Shown here one piece after another: positions 31,354 to 41,833 of a stretch of DNA of 64,000 nucleotides. How positions within the stretch are numbered: the stretch's first letter is position 1; the number at the start of each line of letters is the position of its first letter. Source of the DNA: a virus (lineage: Duplodnaviria > Heunggongvirae > Uroviricota > Caudoviricetes); IMG/VR virus record IMGVR_UViG_3300045988_152699; one strand, given 5' to 3'. A program made the translations under genes and the position numbers. Under the pieces are notes generated by a model. That model did no database searches. It was not told where the DNA came from and saw only the letters and a program-made list of their open reading frames with translations.

Positions 31354-31806
31354 TCAGATACGTGCGGATGTGGCATTACCGTAATGACGGTGCTGACGGG
31401 CCACCTTATTGAAAAGTTGACGCGCCATTACCCAAGGCTGGTGCTCCCGGCGTTCCTTTTCGTCCTGCGTCATATAGAGTTCGTTCTGGAGTTTTTCATC
31501 AAACCGGCGCGGAGCGCGGCTACGGCGAAAGAATTCAGGATTCAGAGAGTGGATCTGAAATCTACGTGGGCGTGTACTGTCATCTATCAAAACAGACGAA
31601 TACTTAGACACAGCGATAGCCTTTAAGCGCAGATAAACATCGCGCTTATCGACATCCAGATGCGGGTATTCCTTTTCAAGAATTGCTGCGAGTTCTTTCG
31701 CTGATAGAAGAGATTTAGTGCGGATCATGTAATCCGCAATCTCGTACGATGTTATTCGTGAGTGATTTATTTCCATGAAGTGGCGTCCCTGCCAGTTAAG
31801 TAACAT
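31354..31806 (-). CDS. lpa: Lpa, late promoter activator
   Basis: 150-aa ORF immediately upstream of pacA with a C1 operator in its promoter region. Confidence 0.7.
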   Translation of the reverse strand: MLLNWQGRHFMEINHSRITSYEIADYMIRTKSLLSAKELAAILEKEYPHLDVDKRDVYLRLKAIAVSKYSSVLIDDSTRPRRFQIHSLNPEFFRRSRAPRRFDEKLQNELYMTQDEKERREHQPWVMARQLFNKVARQHRHYGNATSARI

Positions 31807-31876
31807 CCTGTCACCTACTGATTAGCCCATGTCAACTAATCAACGTGGAATATAATACCCTCGATTAAAGAAATAG

Positions 31877-31893
31877 CAATACATTAGAGCAAT
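31877..31893 (-). promoter_or_regulatory. C1 operator-like site (ATTGCTCTAATGTATT…) upstream of lpa
   Basis: 13/17 match with an intact core, about 70 bp upstream of the lpa start. Confidence 0.5.
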
Positions 31894-31894
31894 T

Positions 31895-32938
31895 TTATCT
31901 AACACTCGACGAATGACTTGTGATAACGCCCACTCCAAGCGCGTAATCAAAGAACAATCGTTGATGCATCGCCAACCTACCGTGCGTCTTCTCCCAATTA
32001 TCGCGGTCACGCTCAATATCACGCTGGCATGACTGGCACAGAGGAATTGCGTAAATGTCATGCGCGCATAATCGACTATGACGAACGATATAAGGCGTAA
32101 TGTGAGCGCCAGCTCCCGCAGCTCCACACCCACAGCATGGACGGGAAGCAACAAAGTCCATGTACTCAGGTAATTTTAGCGATTGCAGTTTTGGTATTTT
32201 GAAATGCGCCATGCCAGGGTCGGAGTCAACATCCACAGGGCATACTTTTGCACGCATCGGCGCGGCGCGTTCTTCCATCATCTGAACATATGCTGTAGCG
32301 CGATCGTCATACGGGCGAATATCCGCCTCTTTCAGAGGTCCGCTATCCTGCGGAGTAGCCTTCATCTTATTTATTGATATGCGGCAGACTTCTTCCGGCA
32401 TCAGGTGCATCATGTTGCGCATGAAAGCCCACCAGCACAGCTCCTGAATACTTAAATCATGGCTATTTGAAAGGCCCATTTCCTGACGGGCGACATCCAG
32501 TATCCAGTTAACGCGATTATTGTGCAGCGTTTCTTTCAGCTCATTAAAACCACGCATCCGGTAATGGTTATCGTGATGCCAGCACAACAACACCGCGCTA
32601 TTGTCTCGTTCAGCGTGGACAATATGGTTGTCACACCAACTACGATCTGCGGCCTGGCATTGACCCTCTTTCCTACGCAACCACGCCACCAGCGCGTCAA
32701 TTCCACCAATACGGCGAAACAGTTCATCGCTGTTAAAAAACGGCTGCAACGCCTCATTTGTTGCCATGGTTTGCTCGGTAACAACGAGGCCGTCTTCCAT
32801 GTGCTCGATTAACTCACGCGGCACCGGCTCCATAATAAATTTACGGCCAGCCTCCACCAGCTTTCTGACCTCCTGATCCACTTTGAACGTGGCGAGGCCA
32901 AGCTCTTTCTGTACAAATGGAGTAATTACGGCTTTCAC
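31895..32938 (-). CDS. Hypothetical Cys/His-rich protein at the P1 pdcB position
   Basis: 347-aa ORF downstream of doc; several Cys/His clusters; synteny only. Confidence 0.45.
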   Translation of the reverse strand: MKAVITPFVQKELGLATFKVDQEVRKLVEAGRKFIMEPVPRELIEHMEDGLVVTEQTMATNEALQPFFNSDELFRRIGGIDALVAWLRRKEGQCQAADRSWCDNHIVHAERDNSAVLLCWHHDNHYRMRGFNELKETLHNNRVNWILDVARQEMGLSNSHDLSIQELCWWAFMRNMMHLMPEEVCRISINKMKATPQDSGPLKEADIRPYDDRATAYVQMMEERAAPMRAKVCPVDVDSDPGMAHFKIPKLQSLKLPEYMDFVASRPCCGCGAAGAGAHITPYIVRHSRLCAHDIYAIPLCQSCQRDIERDRDNWEKTHGRLAMHQRLFFDYALGVGVITSHSSSVR

Positions 32939-32965
32939 ATCACACCTTTAATCACTGATTGGGCT

Positions 32966-33166
32966 TTATCTGCTGCCCGGCATTCTCTGTTTAAGCACAA
33001 CCATTTCCTGACGGCATAACACAGCAATAGCTGTCCTGGCACCAATTTGCTTACCAACCAGGTATTGCTTTACCTTGCGGCGACTCACGCCATCAAGAAG
33101 CATCTTTAACGCTTCACGGGACAATTTGTTGTATTTGCGTGCCATTAATCTACTCCGCAGGACCAT
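32966..33166 (-). CDS. Small basic protein at the P1 pdcA position
   Basis: 66-aa ORF between doc and the previous gene; synteny only. Confidence 0.35.
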
Positions 33167-33530
33167 ACAATCTACGTAACGTGTCGGCGACAGAAGATAC
33201 AGATATCTCGCCAGTCGCAGCGCCTACAGTAAGGTCTGCCAGTTCAGGTGAATCAAATACCTGCACCCCGTTACGGCGTAGAAATAACAGCGCACTGTTT
33301 AGCGCGGTACGCTTATTGGCATCATTGAATATATGCCCTCTCGCTGTAGCCACCAGGTAGGTGGCGGAGACTTCGAAAAGGTCGGTGATCTCTTCGTAGG
33401 CAACTCTGGCCTGAACTCTCCCGATAATGGCCTCTGCCCTACCCGGATCAGACATTCCCGGCAGGCCGCCGTAGCGGCTTATATTCGCATCATGAAGCGC
33501 AATAAGTTCTTCCGGTGATATATGCCTCAT
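33150..33530 (-). CDS. doc: Doc toxin (Fic-fold kinase)
   Basis: 126 aa with the Doc/Fic motif [11 protein letters not shown]; immediately downstream of phd with overlapping stop/start. Confidence 0.92.
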
Positions 33531-33757
33531 TATCGGTTAACCAGTTCCTTGTTGGTGGAGTCCAGGGTGTCAAACAGGGATGCAAATTCAGCATCCAGCG
33601 CCGCTTTTTTGTAGGCTTCGAAAGTAGCCTTGCTGACAATTACTGCTGGCTCACGGCCTCTGCGGGTGATTTCAACCTCTTCCCCGGCTTCAACATTGTT
33701 GAGCACTTCAGAAAGGTTGCCACGCGCGGTACGGAAGTTAATGGATCGCATAAACAC
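33530..33757 (-). CDS. phd: Phd antitoxin
   Basis: 73-75 aa; …[71 protein letters not shown] matches P1 Phd. Confidence 0.92.
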
Positions 33758-33823
33758 CTCGTGTACTCGTTATGTGTACACAATTATAAACTTCACAGGC
33801 ATAAAGCACCAGCACTTTGCAGC

Positions 33824-34213
33824 TTAAATCACCGGACAATCATCAAATTCCCCACTTCGGGCATCATTGATGACATGAGTGATCACACCAAAAACAGCAT
33901 TACTGCCCGTGTATCCATCGTCATCTACTGGTAACGCCTCTTTCTTCCCGGTGCTTAAGTCCTCCAGGTGCTGGCGCGGATACTTCCTGTATCTCTTTAT
34001 GCGATATTCACCCTCCATAGCGCACACAAGCAGAGAACCATCAACCGGAGTAAGCGAGGAATCAACCACCAGCAAAGCACCCTGCAATATTCCCTCACGG
34101 TGATGGCTATCAGCTGCCCGCATGAAGTAGGTCGCTGAAGGATGTCTAATTATCTGCTGATCAAGAGAAATTCGGCTTTCAACATAATCCGCCGCAGGAG
34201 AAGGGAAGCCCAT
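33824..34213 (-). CDS. humD: HumD, UmuD' homolog (S24 peptidase-like)
   Basis: 129 aa resembling the UmuD C-terminal domain; position upstream of phd-doc as in P1. Confidence 0.8.
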   Translation of the reverse strand: MGFPSPAADYVESRISLDQQIIRHPSATYFMRAADSHHREGILQGALLVVDSSLTPVDGSLLVCAMEGEYRIKRYRKYPRQHLEDLSTGKKEALPVDDDGYTGSNAVFGVITHVINDARSGEFDDCPVI

Positions 34214-34336
34214 AGCGTTTTACCTCAATGATACTGTTTATTCATACAGTATACATTGAAAAGGCATAGTTTGTGAAAGCGGGGTTTGTAGGCGCGCCAC
34301 GCTGGGGGCTAATCACATTTCTCCCCCATCTTGCCG

Positions 34337-34588
34337 TTATTTTTTTGGTGCATCCTCGTTCTGATACACCGGATCGCTCCCTTTTGGCAACTGGAGGCTT
34401 AACTGCCGGTAGTGCCGTAGCCGTTCCATGAAATAGGCGCGCAGGTTTTCCGGTTGCTCACGGGCCACCTGCTCTGCAATCACAGGTATATTCAGCCGTT
34501 CTTTGTAAGCAACGCCGCTGGCGGCAAGGTCTACGTTCACCTTGTCTCGCTCTTCCTGGCTTTTAGCTGCTATATTTCGATCTGACAC
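34337..34588 (-). CDS. hot: Hot, homolog of the DNA polymerase III theta subunit
   Basis: 83 aa; [36 protein letters not shown] resembles E. coli HolE. Confidence 0.8.
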   Translation of the reverse strand: MSDRNIAAKSQEERDKVNVDLAASGVAYKERLNIPVIAEQVAREQPENLRAYFMERLRHYRQLSLQLPKGSDPVYQNEDAPKK

Positions 34589-34955
34589 AGGAAACCTCCA
34601 GGAGTTAGTGGATCAGGCACATGCACAATAACGTTCTCAATGTTAGCCGTTCAATTCAGACAATCAGAGACTGCACCAGTGTGGTGGCATCAATCCCATT
34701 GCGGAACAGCATAGACGAACTGCAAATTCGTGTATTGAATCCGAATCAGGCTAATAAGCAATTGCGCTTTATTTTGACGCTGAAAAGTGAAACAGAGGGG
34801 ATAAAGCACAGCGTAAAAGTGTTTTCTGAGGCCATTCTGCTTAATGGGAAGCTCCGGCATCTGGTAAGGCCAGAACGTCAATATCCTGACGTCCTGGCGC
34901 GTGAAAAAGACCTTCTTTCTGAAGTTCAGGATAGGGGGATCGATTTCGTCAAATG

Positions 34956-35321
34956 CTATCCCCTGCATTGAGGGCAGGTGTTCCCTTCCGCAAAGTAGGG
35001 AAAATTGCTATCAAGTTCATCACACCATCTGCGATGGTCGTAGCACCAAAACGCCTCCCACGGTGCACGGAAATACTTCATCCACCAGGACACTCGATCA
35101 GGTATATCTGCTGGTGGCAGTTCTTCTGGCAATAATTTGCCTGATAATTCCCTTTCCGCCCGCGACAGCATTTTTTTGAGGCTCGCGTTCTCTTTTTCAA
35201 GCTCATCTACGCGCACCTGTAATTCAGCTTTCGTTGGCATGGTCCACCTCATGCTTTTCAGCCACCAGCGGCAATAAAGCCCTGGCCATCTTATGAACCA
35301 ATAGTGCATCAATAATGCCAA
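34956..35321 (-). CDS. Hypothetical protein (possible lxr position)
   Basis: ORF with a C-terminal CPQC motif and a coiled-coil segment; likely starts at an internal ATG. Confidence 0.35.
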   Translation of the reverse strand: MALLMHYWFIRWPGLYCRWWLKSMRWTMPTKAELQVRVDELEKENASLKKMLSRAERELSGKLLPEELPPADIPDRVSWWMKYFRAPWEAFWCYDHRRWCDELDSNFPYFAEGNTCPQCRG

Positions 35322-36162
35322 GCGTATGCCCCGGCTTAATGTTTAATGCTGCCTCAAGATGACACCTTTCCAGACCGCTTTTCTCGGCTTGTTTATGATG
35401 ATATGGCGTAATAACGTCGCCCAAAACACGGCTAATTCTTTCTCGTAATTGCTGGGTGCCAGCACACTTGATCGCTGTATCGTGGAGACGGTTAACCAGT
35501 TCGCGATAAACATGCGGCTTAATGCGGATACGTTCACCGGTGACGCCCTTTCCTGGCGCTGGCACCGAACTATCCGGAATATCCGGATAGTTGCCAGCCT
35601 CGTAAGCTACCCGCAGCCAGTGCATGAATGTTTCAGTGGACACACAACCACAGTCCACATCGATTTTCCCGCGTTGCTGTTCCAGCCATTGCCCAAAATC
35701 CAACCTGTAAGTCTTACTTTCAAGTTCATCACCATTGAACTCGACTTTCTGCGACGCTATGAGAGCTGATTCGTATTGTTCGCGAGTGACAACTGACTGG
35801 TATTCATCGCTATCAAGGTCACCAATTGGAAGCTCAATATCACAACAAAAATTGCGCCCAAAGAAAGTGTCTTTTTTGTGGTCTGAGCCAAAAGCAAAAG
35901 TCGCGCATGGTGCCATTAAATTGACACTGGGTAGGTAACAATAACTCATTCCATCAGGCCACCCGCCGCACTTAGGCAGCTCCTTCACTAACAAGTCGAT
36001 AAACTTCATTTTTTTATCATCTTTGCAAGCCGCCAAAACCATTTGGGCAAGTGCCAATACTTCATCTGCCGTATATCCAGCACCGTGACCATACATTTCG
36101 ATACGGGAAATAATCTCTGATATACGCTCTTCAGTGATTCTGGTCATTTCTTTTTGCGCCAT
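35224..36162 (-). CDS. Hypothetical protein
   Basis: 312-aa ORF in the operon; no recognised motif. Confidence 0.4.
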   Translation of the reverse strand: MAQKEMTRITEERISEIISRIEMYGHGAGYTADEVLALAQMVLAACKDDKKMKFIDLLVKELPKCGGWPDGMSYCYLPSVNLMAPCATFAFGSDHKKDTFFGRNFCCDIELPIGDLDSDEYQSVVTREQYESALIASQKVEFNGDELESKTYRLDFGQWLEQQRGKIDVDCGCVSTETFMHWLRVAYEAGNYPDIPDSSVPAPGKGVTGERIRIKPHVYRELVNRLHDTAIKCAGTQQLRERISRVLGDVITPYHHKQAEKSGLERCHLEAALNIKPGHTLGIIDALLVHKMARALLPLVAEKHEVDHANES

Positions 36163-36518
36163 TTCTTTTCACATTCCTTAGTCCATTTTTCAATGTTCAT
36201 TTTGGCAATATCAGTCATTCCATCACCTAAGAAATACTTTCTCCGGTACGTCTTGCACTTAAACCACACTACAACAGCCACCAGCCAGAAAATAAAAGGC
36301 CATACAGCAATACCAACGACAGCCGCGATAAAGCCCAATAGCCATAAATGAAGCTCTCCAACTTCTGTTTCCGGCAATATTCTTAAAGAATTAAACAGCA
36401 GGCTGAACGAATGGTCGTATGCATTGGCAGTATAAGACATGCAATCCATATAATTAAAGTCATAGCCTGCGGCTGCCGCCCATAATGGGCGGTCAAGAAA
36501 ATGTTTTAGTGTCATCAT
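36144..36518 (-). CDS. Membrane protein
   Basis: 124-aa ORF with a strong TM segment and a Lys-rich C-terminus. Confidence 0.4.
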   Translation of the reverse strand: MMTLKHFLDRPLWAAAAGYDFNYMDCMSYTANAYDHSFSLLFNSLRILPETEVGELHLWLLGFIAAVVGIAVWPFIFWLVAVVVWFKCKTYRRKYFLGDGMTDIAKMNIEKWTKECEKKWRKKK

Positions 36519-36524
36519 ATAAAT

Positions 36525-36914
36525 TTAAGGTTCAGACCAGTTATCTTCAATAGCAATGCTTAATCTTTGTAGCCATTCTGCTAATTTCAGCATTGCTTCT
36601 CTTTCGCTTAAACCACGAGGAAAATCATCAAGCGAAATTGTTGGCTTGAAGCCACCGTAATTATCCATTTCAACAGTCAGATTTTGCTCCAGCACGGTAT
36701 TCCTTACGCGGCTATTGTGCCGAAGCAAATATACTGAACGTGATTTATTGGTTTTATGGTCAAACTGATATTCGGTAAGTATCATCTGGCTTTTGCCATG
36801 ACTATTACCTCTCCACATACTTACCTCACTTAATAAAACAACTCCATGCGTAGTTGATGATTTTTTCCCACGCAATATAAATCTGCACTCCGGCAGTAAA
36901 ACCAAAGCCAACAA
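36525..36914 (-). CDS. Hypothetical protein
   Basis: 129-aa ORF; tightly packed in the operon. Confidence 0.35.
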   Translation of the reverse strand: MLALVLLPECRFILRGKKSSTTHGVVLLSEVSMWRGNSHGKSQMILTEYQFDHKTNKSRSVYLLRHNSRVRNTVLEQNLTVEMDNYGGFKPTISLDDFPRGLSEREAMLKLAEWLQRLSIAIEDNWSEP

Positions 36915-36996
36915 TTGCTGAAAAAATCAAAACATTTACTTTTGACATTATAAATTTTCTCTCGGTGTCGTAGGTGATAGCACCATAATTGATAAT

Positions 36997-37230
36997 TTAG
37001 TGAGTTAGCAGTTCCATTTTTTTGATGATTTCCGCATGAGCATCATCGTTATCAACACTTAGCTCGTTTAATGCTTCTCGCACTACATCAACTTCTTCAG
37101 GCTGAAAGAAGTCGTCGCGGTAATCACCAAATAGAACCGAAACCAGCCTGCCACCAGCAACATCAAGATTGGCGCTAACAGGTGGCTCTTTGCCATCCTC
37201 AAATTCGACAACAAAAGTTAATTTTCCCAT
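36997..37230 (-). CDS. Hypothetical small acidic protein
   Basis: 77-aa ORF. Confidence 0.35.
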   Translation of the reverse strand: MGKLTFVVEFEDGKEPPVSANLDVAGGRLVSVLFGDYRDDFFQPEEVDVVREALNELSVDNDDAHAEIIKKMELLTH

Positions 37231-37306
37231 CGTTACCCCCAGAAGATAAAAATAGCGGCAATCGCCATAGCTACGCCTACAATCGCAAATGCTTCAGGCC
37301 AGCTCA

Positions 37307-37639
37307 TTACCGCACCTCAAGTCTCCATACCGCCTGACCAATCCGGCTGGCATGGGTATCTTTGGATACTGTTCCGTCTTTAGCCAGCTCCATAAGAATT
37401 TTGCGCAAATCTGCCGAGCGCCATTCTTCATCAGGAAATTCCTTCTCCATTGCCAACCGCAGATTCCAGGTTGCTATCGTGAATGGATATTCACCGCCGA
37501 GAGCTTTCTCTTGTAGGGCAGCACGGGAACGCATCACCTGCAAAACCTTCTCTTTTACATCCATCATTTCGCCTCCTGCGGCGGTTCTGGTAGCGGCATC
37601 CAGTGTGATGGAATCCACGACGCACCAGGTATTACCCAC
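37307..37639 (-). CDS. Hypothetical protein
   Basis: ORF up to 110 aa, probably starting at an internal ATG. Confidence 0.35.
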   Translation of the reverse strand: MGNTWCVVDSITLDAATRTAAGGEMMDVKEKVLQVMRSRAALQEKALGGEYPFTIATWNLRLAMEKEFPDEEWRSADLRKILMELAKDGTVSKDTHASRIGQAVWRLEVR

Positions 37640-38439
37640 CCATCATTAGCGTCAGGATGCCCCGGGATGTAAGTCGCCCATTTCATTCGCCAGTCACCTT
37701 TCCTGTCAAACTCCCTGGCAACAAGAACGGCTGTTTTGGTATCCGGCATTCGCTCACTACAGCTTATCCAACCATCCGGAGTTACCGGAACTTGCGGAAT
37801 GGCTGTCTGCTCTCGAACGTCATTAGGCGCTATAGGTTCTGCTGCCAACTGACTGGCATATTTGTTAATGGTAACGATAAGCTCTTGCTCAGCCTCATCC
37901 AGACAATCACCGATACCTCGCCTGTCACCGTCAAAATCATCGAAATCGGCACGAATCTTGGCAACCTTCAAGATTGCGGACAACACCTCACTAGGAATTA
38001 CCGGATAGTTGGTTGACGTTTCCGCGATTTCCCGAAAATTATTGGTTGACGAATTCTTGTTTTCCCGAAAGTTTCCGGACTGAAGCATGGCGGCGCGGCA
38101 GGCGTTCCAGCCTCTTACCTCTGCAATAGCGGCAACAGCATCAACCGCGTACATGCTAAGAGGATTAGGCATTGGTTTTTCTTCCGGTACTACTGGAACG
38201 GGTGGAGCGGCGAATAGATGTCCTCCAAAGTCAGGAAGCTCTCCAATGGCCTGTACGAACTTTTGTTTGCCTACGTCAATTCCTAATGGGTAGTGAGCTA
38301 TAATTTTTGCCACTGGCTCTGCCTCCAGTGATGCCAGAGCAATTTCATAAGCACGGCGCTCAATATTGTCTCTCACATCCAGGCTACCTATGCGCTCTTT
38401 GATTTCTTTAATCAGTTCTTTGTCGGTTAAAGTGGTCAT
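37564..38439 (-). CDS. Ea22/ead-like prophage protein with a C-terminal DUF551-like Trp/Pro-rich domain
   Basis: C-terminus …DGWISCSERMPD…DWRMKWATY…GW…WIPSHWMPLPEPP resembles DUF551 as recalled; N-terminal coiled-coil. Confidence 0.45.
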   Translation of the reverse strand: MTTLTDKELIKEIKERIGSLDVRDNIERRAYEIALASLEAEPVAKIIAHYPLGIDVGKQKFVQAIGELPDFGGHLFAAPPVPVVPEEKPMPNPLSMYAVDAVAAIAEVRGWNACRAAMLQSGNFRENKNSSTNNFREIAETSTNYPVIPSEVLSAILKVAKIRADFDDFDGDRRGIGDCLDEAEQELIVTINKYASQLAAEPIAPNDVREQTAIPQVPVTPDGWISCSERMPDTKTAVLVAREFDRKGDWRMKWATYIPGHPDANDGWVIPGASWIPSHWMPLPEPPQEAK

Positions 38440-38717
38440 TTGTTAATCCTCAAAACTTTATGCCCGGGCGCAAAAGCACGCGTTTTGTCTTTGCTTATTC
38501 GCCAGCCATCCTTGCGCGCCTCTTTTGCACAGCCAGCCCATGACGTACCTATATACTCACCGAAGTCTGGCGACTTATATTTGCCATCTGTACACTGGAG
38601 GCAATCACAATAGAGATGCATGGTGTAACTTGCAGCGATAGCCATATCACTCTCCTTTAGTGCGCAAGTGGTTTTTCCAGCGGTTTTGCGCCGCGCTGGG
38701 CTTTTTGCAAAAACCAC
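38436..38717 (-). CDS. Small Cys-rich protein
   Basis: CDCLQC…C pattern; likely starts at an internal ATG. Confidence 0.3.
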   Translation of the reverse strand: MVFAKSPARRKTAGKTTCALKESDMAIAASYTMHLYCDCLQCTDGKYKSPDFGEYIGTSWAGCAKEARKDGWRISKDKTRAFAPGHKVLRINK

Positions 38718-38821
38718 AATCCATCATCCCGTAATATTTCATCAACCCCATCCGTCGGTTGCTGAGTCTCACCCACTGCCAGACGCCAGGAGCGTTTCTA
38801 CGAACTAACAGAATCTTTGCT

Positions 38822-39481
38822 TTACGGTTTTTCATCGCTTTGCTCTCCTGCATCTCCTTTGGTGCGAATTCCAGCGGCGCGTGGCACATTAACTTCCACG
38901 ATGCGCACAGTTGGTTTGTACATCTCAATCGCAGTCAGCCAGTCAGCGCCAGTCATGCGCTTTTCTGCATCGCCATTAGTCCACTTAACCGGTACACCAA
39001 TAGCCTTCATCGCGATTTCTATTTCCCCGGCAATGGCGCTTTTTCCGCAACCAGTAAAACCAGATACAACGACCAGAACTTCACCTTTGGCTGGTTTTAT
39101 TTCCCGCGCTTCCAGTTCTGCTATGCGCTTACTTCCATCCGAGATAACACCTTCGTAATACTCACGCTGCTCGTTGAGTTTTGATTTTGCTTCCTCAAGC
39201 TCAACTCTCAGCTTCCCTACCGTTAGCGCAATATCCTCGTTCTCCTGATCGCGGCGTTTTATGTATTGCTGGTTTCTTTCCCGTTCATCCAGCAGCGCCA
39301 GCACGGTTTCTGGTCCGGTCAGAAATTTGAAGGCGTTGAGCGCATCAATATCCACACCGTAATCTTTAAGTTCCTGTTCACTTAACAAATCATCATCAGC
39401 TGGCAACATTAACAGGCGTTCCATTGCTGGAATTGCACGTTCCGCCGCCTCACGCAGTGCCTGGTAATTAATTTCGCTCAC
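38822..39481 (-). CDS. Ea22-like protein (paralog of the next gene)
   Basis: N-terminus MSEINYQALREAAERA… parallels MARMTIDYQVLREAAEKA… of ORF 39478..40140; P-loop-like GFTGCGKS in the C-terminal half. Confidence 0.45.
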   Translation of the reverse strand: MSEINYQALREAAERAIPAMERLLMLPADDDLLSEQELKDYGVDIDALNAFKFLTGPETVLALLDERERNQQYIKRRDQENEDIALTVGKLRVELEEAKSKLNEQREYYEGVISDGSKRIAELEAREIKPAKGEVLVVVSGFTGCGKSAIAGEIEIAMKAIGVPVKWTNGDAEKRMTGADWLTAIEMYKPTVRIVEVNVPRAAGIRTKGDAGEQSDEKP

Positions 39482-40140
39482 TGGTTGCCTCCTTTGCGAA
39501 GCTGGGCAGCAAAGTCAACTAACCACTCAGTCATTTCAACCTTCCCTACCAGGTCTGAACCAGGGTGCATACAGCAATCACTCTGCGCCGCTTTGAAATC
39601 CTTATACTCATATTCTTGGGCCACCAGATTTTTTGCAGCTTCTATAGCAGCATCCACCCCCTGCGCCCGCACTTCAGACAGGAAAGCATCGGTAGCTGGA
39701 GTTTCGCTGTGGTGCAGGGCATCGTTGATAATCATTGCAGCAACTCCGGCCTGCCCTGCATCCGTGACCGACACATGCTCAAGAGTTACGGCCATTGCGT
39801 GTTTCAGCCCAGCGTTCTCTGCCACCAGCGCAGCGAGATTAGTCTCAAGCTCTGAAATTCGGCACGTGGCATCAATATTTGTGTCCTCCAAGCACTTAAT
39901 TTCACCAAGCAGCTCCAGTGCAACCTTTGGGTTGAACGCGGCAACATGACGAGCGTTGTTCTCTGCATTTTTCTGTCCATCAAAGCCGGTCCATTTGATA
40001 ACGTCTTCACATCGTTCATCACCGGGCGTGTGCACCGCATAAGTACCAGTATCCGTCGAAATAAATGCGACCCATTCGTCTGGTGTTGCCTTTTCTGCCG
40101 CCTCACGCAGTACCTGATAGTCAATTGTCATTCTCGCCAT
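39478..40140 (-). CDS. Ea22-like protein (paralog of the previous gene)
   Basis: Shared N-terminal YQ(A/V)LREAAE(K/R)A domain; overlapping start/stop with its neighbour. Confidence 0.45.
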   Translation of the reverse strand: MARMTIDYQVLREAAEKATPDEWVAFISTDTGTYAVHTPGDERCEDVIKWTGFDGQKNAENNARHVAAFNPKVALELLGEIKCLEDTNIDATCRISELETNLAALVAENAGLKHAMAVTLEHVSVTDAGQAGVAAMIINDALHHSETPATDAFLSEVRAQGVDAAIEAAKNLVAQEYEYKDFKAAQSDCCMHPGSDLVGKVEMTEWLVDFAAQLRKGGNQ

Positions 40141-40772
40141 CCTTCACAGTTGTAATCACTACAGCCTTCAAAATCATATGGGCTGTACTGCCAGGTTATT
40201 TTTCCGCAATGCGGACAATTCCAACGCACCTTCCCGCTTCGCGACTTCTTTCTTCTGTTTTGCTTTTTCAACCAGTCAGGCATGACCAAACCTGCGCCCT
40301 GAACCATTGTTCTGCGGTTAAAGTTATTGATATTGAACGTCCGGCGCTTTGCTGCATCAGCAATGGAAAATGGCAACCAAACTATTCCTGGTTCGTTTTT
40401 GTTGGCGACGCTAAAGATGGTCGCTTTACTGAAGTCATCTGTTGGCAATCCACCGTGTTGAAGCCAGTAAACATCGTTGCCGTTCCAGCTACCTTTTTTG
40501 TAGGCCACATACGCAGTGCAATCTGACTCAATCAGGCTTTCTGTAGGGATGTACTGGCAATCAACGTGCCACACAGCCATTGCATCCACACTATCGGCAC
40601 AAACAGGCTGATCGATATCTCGCCCACAACTCCAGGCTTTTTGGGCTTCTTCCAGCGTGTAAACATGAGCGCGATCGATATCAGAACTGTAACCATTGCC
40701 GTTATGGCAATGGAATGAGGCGTTATTACCCACAGTTTCACGCAAGCACATCATGTAAAAGCGGTTATTCAC
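40128..40772 (-). CDS. Hypothetical Cys-rich protein
   Basis: 214-aa ORF with a C-terminal CPHCG…C…C motif. Confidence 0.4.
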   Translation of the reverse strand: MNNRFYMMCLRETVGNNASFHCHNGNGYSSDIDRAHVYTLEEAQKAWSCGRDIDQPVCADSVDAMAVWHVDCQYIPTESLIESDCTAYVAYKKGSWNGNDVYWLQHGGLPTDDFSKATIFSVANKNEPGIVWLPFSIADAAKRRTFNINNFNRRTMVQGAGLVMPDWLKKQNRRKKSRSGKVRWNCPHCGKITWQYSPYDFEGCSDYNCEGWRE

Positions 40773-41049
40773 TGGTTGCCTCCGCTTCCCACGTTTTCAG
40801 ACTTTCACCACAGAACGGGCAAAATGAAACTCGAATAGGCGATTTAGAAAATTCACCAGACCGCAGCATGATCAGGTCTTGTGAATGAATTAATTCATGG
40901 TTATAGATTTTGTATTTCAGCAGACCTTTTCGCGTCGTGTATTCAGCGTCATGCTCCAGGGATTGTGCCAACGCCGCGCACGGTTCTATCTTGTTGCCAT
41001 TAATTTGGCATTTTGACTCACTCACTGGTTGCCCCCTGAATACGCTCAA
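40765..41049 (-). CDS. Hypothetical protein with a CxxC motif
   Basis: 94-aa ORF; FCPFCG near the C-terminus. Confidence 0.35.
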   Translation of the reverse strand: MSVFRGQPVSESKCQINGNKIEPCAALAQSLEHDAEYTTRKGLLKYKIYNHELIHSQDLIMLRSGEFSKSPIRVSFCPFCGESLKTWEAEATSE

Positions 41050-41638
41050 ACTCGATTACCCACACCCAGGGATTAGCGTTCCAGCTTTCTTCACCATAGA
41101 TGGATTCCCACAGGCGCTGGAACGCAACCTTGGCCATTGCGAAATCTCCCTTGGGAGTTAGGAATGTTCCCGGGTGATCAGGAAGCAAACTTCCAGCAGG
41201 CTGAACGCCCTCATCCCTTGCATCGCATTCGCTGATATCGTTCAACCGCTCAACGCGCACGTTGGTAATTTCCAGAAGAATGCGCGATGCCCAGCGCGGC
41301 ATGTGAATTGATGGCGTCCACTTTTCTGATACTGGTTTATTACAAACCTCGACCGGAACCCGGTGCGTTTGTTCTGTCCAGGAGTTACGCACGCTTGCGC
41401 GATAAACCAGCGTTGCGACGTCCGTCGCTTTGCCATGTACCCGGTAGGTTTCGCGAACCCAAATATGATCGCCCGGTTGACCATATGGACAATGCTTAGC
41501 AAGCAACTCTGCGGCCACTGCACGTCCATAGAATTTTTCTTCAACAATCCTGCGAGTCTGTGTTTTATTCCCGCCAAGAATTGCCCGGACCATCTCATCG
41601 TTGAAAATCATGCCGCGCTCTTTCACTTCGCCTTTCAT
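41018..41638 (-). CDS. Hypothetical prophage protein (possibly ASCH/PUA-like)
   Basis: 206-aa ORF with N-terminal MIFNDEMVRAILGGNKTQTRR, a motif common in prophage proteins; fold assignment is tentative. Confidence 0.35.
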   Translation of the reverse strand: MKGEVKERGMIFNDEMVRAILGGNKTQTRRIVEEKFYGRAVAAELLAKHCPYGQPGDHIWVRETYRVHGKATDVATLVYRASVRNSWTEQTHRVPVEVCNKPVSEKWTPSIHMPRWASRILLEITNVRVERLNDISECDARDEGVQPAGSLLPDHPGTFLTPKGDFAMAKVAFQRLWESIYGEESWNANPWVWVIEFERIQGATSE

Positions 41639-41816
41639 GCATCCCCCTTACCCATGCGCGACGATGCCGCCAAAAGTGATAGAGAACAGCCAGAAATAGA
41701 TCGCGGCCATAATGATTTTGAATGCCGTGTTCATATTTTCAGCTCCTGTGATTGATTGGATACATGCCGCGCCTTGCGGCATGTTTTTATTTTTACTTTC
41801 TCTGTTTTAAAAATCA

Positions 41817-41833
41817 AGATTTATTAGAGCAAT
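41817..41833 (-). promoter_or_regulatory. C1 operator (ATTGCTCTAATAAATCT)
   Basis: 16/17 match to consensus in the intergenic region at the 3' end of the HAD-phosphatase gene. Confidence 0.6.

Noticed and set aside
33150-33757. phd-doc as a possible new toxin-antitoxin or defence module
   Set aside because: The sequences match the classical P1 Phd/Doc plasmid-addiction pair.
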